Virus record (IMG/VR): IMGVR_UViG_3300034072_000011
Coordinates: 1 to 25,202 of that record
Length of the DNA stretch: 25,202 nt
DNA from: a virus
Taxonomy: Duplodnaviria > Caudoviricetes
Direction: 5' to 3' (one strand)
Position 1 is the stretch's first letter. Each line of letters starts with the position of its first letter. The notes beneath the pieces were generated by a model that was not told the origin of the DNA, searched no databases, and saw nothing but the letters and a program-made list of their open reading frames with translations. Position numbers and translations under genes: made by a program. Shown here piece by piece: positions 24,688 to 25,202 of the stretch.

Positions 24688-25202
24688 TCGGTAGGGAGAC
24701 GGTAATGCTTTGCTATCCCTGGTTCGTTTTTCCACAGCCATTTCGCTGCCTCCTTGAGATTCTTTGAGTCGTCCTTGCCCACCGTCTGACTGCCTGCGTG
24801 GTGAACGTAACTCCTTGAAACAAAATGCTTAAAGTCACATACCGTAAGTGTATGACAAAAGACGTTATCTGAAAACCAGTTGATGGGAGGAAACCTGACC
24901 GCTTGGAAGGCTTCCTTCGTGATGTAAGCAAAGATCGGCGCAATTACGCCCGTCTCTTTGATTGTCTGTTCTTCAGCCCACTTTAACCCATTTCTAGCCC
25001 CACCCTCGAAACGGATGTTCTGCGCCTCTAAAATGTAATCAGACCTTGCACCTAAAACACCGATCTTATGCCCTGCCTTCTCAAGATGATTAGCATCCTC
25101 AAGTAGAAGTCTATAAGAATCCGGAGTCAGGCAGATGTCGTCGTTGGCAATGATGACTGCATCGTGGTGCTGGAAGGCATCGTCCATGATCCGGTTGTAG
25201 GC
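24684..25202 (-). CDS. GT2-like glycosyltransferase, 5' end outside the window
   Basis: Frame is open to the edge (AYNRI-MDDAF...). IIANDDICL (xDD), WFSDNVFC and YVHHAGSQT motifs of GT2-family enzymes. Confidence 0.75.
   Translation of the reverse strand, partial: AYNRIMDDAFQHHDAVIIANDDICLTPDSYRLLLEDANHLEKAGHKIGVLGARSDYILEAQNIRFEGGARNGLKWAEEQTIKETGVIAPIFAYITKEAFQAVRFPPINWFSDNVFCHTLTVCDFKHFVSRSYVHHAGSQTVGKDDSKNLKEAAKWLWKNEPGIAKHYRLPTE

Larger units (their letters stand above)
1..25202 (-). mobile_element. Bacteriophage late/structural module (podovirus-like, P22-like gene order); free phage versus prophage cannot be determined
   Basis: Co-oriented terminase, portal, scaffold, capsid, tail, ejection, fibre and holin genes. 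No host genes, integrase, major tail tube or tape-measure gene in the window. Confidence 0.97.

Noticed and set aside
404-24694. Other plus-strand and nested alternative-frame ORFs in the track
   Set aside because: They lie within well-supported minus-strand genes and show no recognisable motifs or operon logic.
1-25202. Stop-codon reassignment
   Set aside because: The standard code gives full-length genes at very high density, and TAA, TGA and TAG (17139) all end genes.
1-25202. tRNA, rRNA, integrase/att site or a late promoter
   Set aside because: Almost no intergenic space and nothing recognisable by eye; the promoter probably lies beyond the right edge.

Overview
The whole window is the late (virion morphogenesis) operon of a tailed dsDNA phage with podovirus organisation. 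All credible genes are on the minus strand, tightly packed and often joined by (A/G)TGA stop/start overlaps. In reading order (right to left): a GT2-like glycosyltransferase cut by the window edge; a cluster of micro-ORFs (four Lys-rich, one Cys-rich); an ADP-ribosyltransferase-like (ART-PolyVal-type) protein; TerS; TerL; a P22-like portal; a 544-aa accessory protein; a small protein; scaffold; an SU10/DUF5309-type major capsid protein; an intrinsic terminator; a small protein; a second glycosyltransferase; a block syntenic with P22 gp4-gp10-gp26-gp14-gp7-gp20-gp16; a 1208-aa repetitive Gly/Ser/Thr fibre; an adaptor; a triple-LamG lectin; a Trp-rich accessory protein; and a T7 gp17.5-like holin. 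The most interesting hypotheses are (1) a terminal GLL motif shared by ejection proteins and unrelated accessory proteins, possibly a head-loading signal for injected cargo including the ART enzyme, (2) virion glycosylation, and (3) a translationally coupled micro-protein cassette with a 17-bp junction repeat. Family names come from motif recognition and synteny only; no searches were run.
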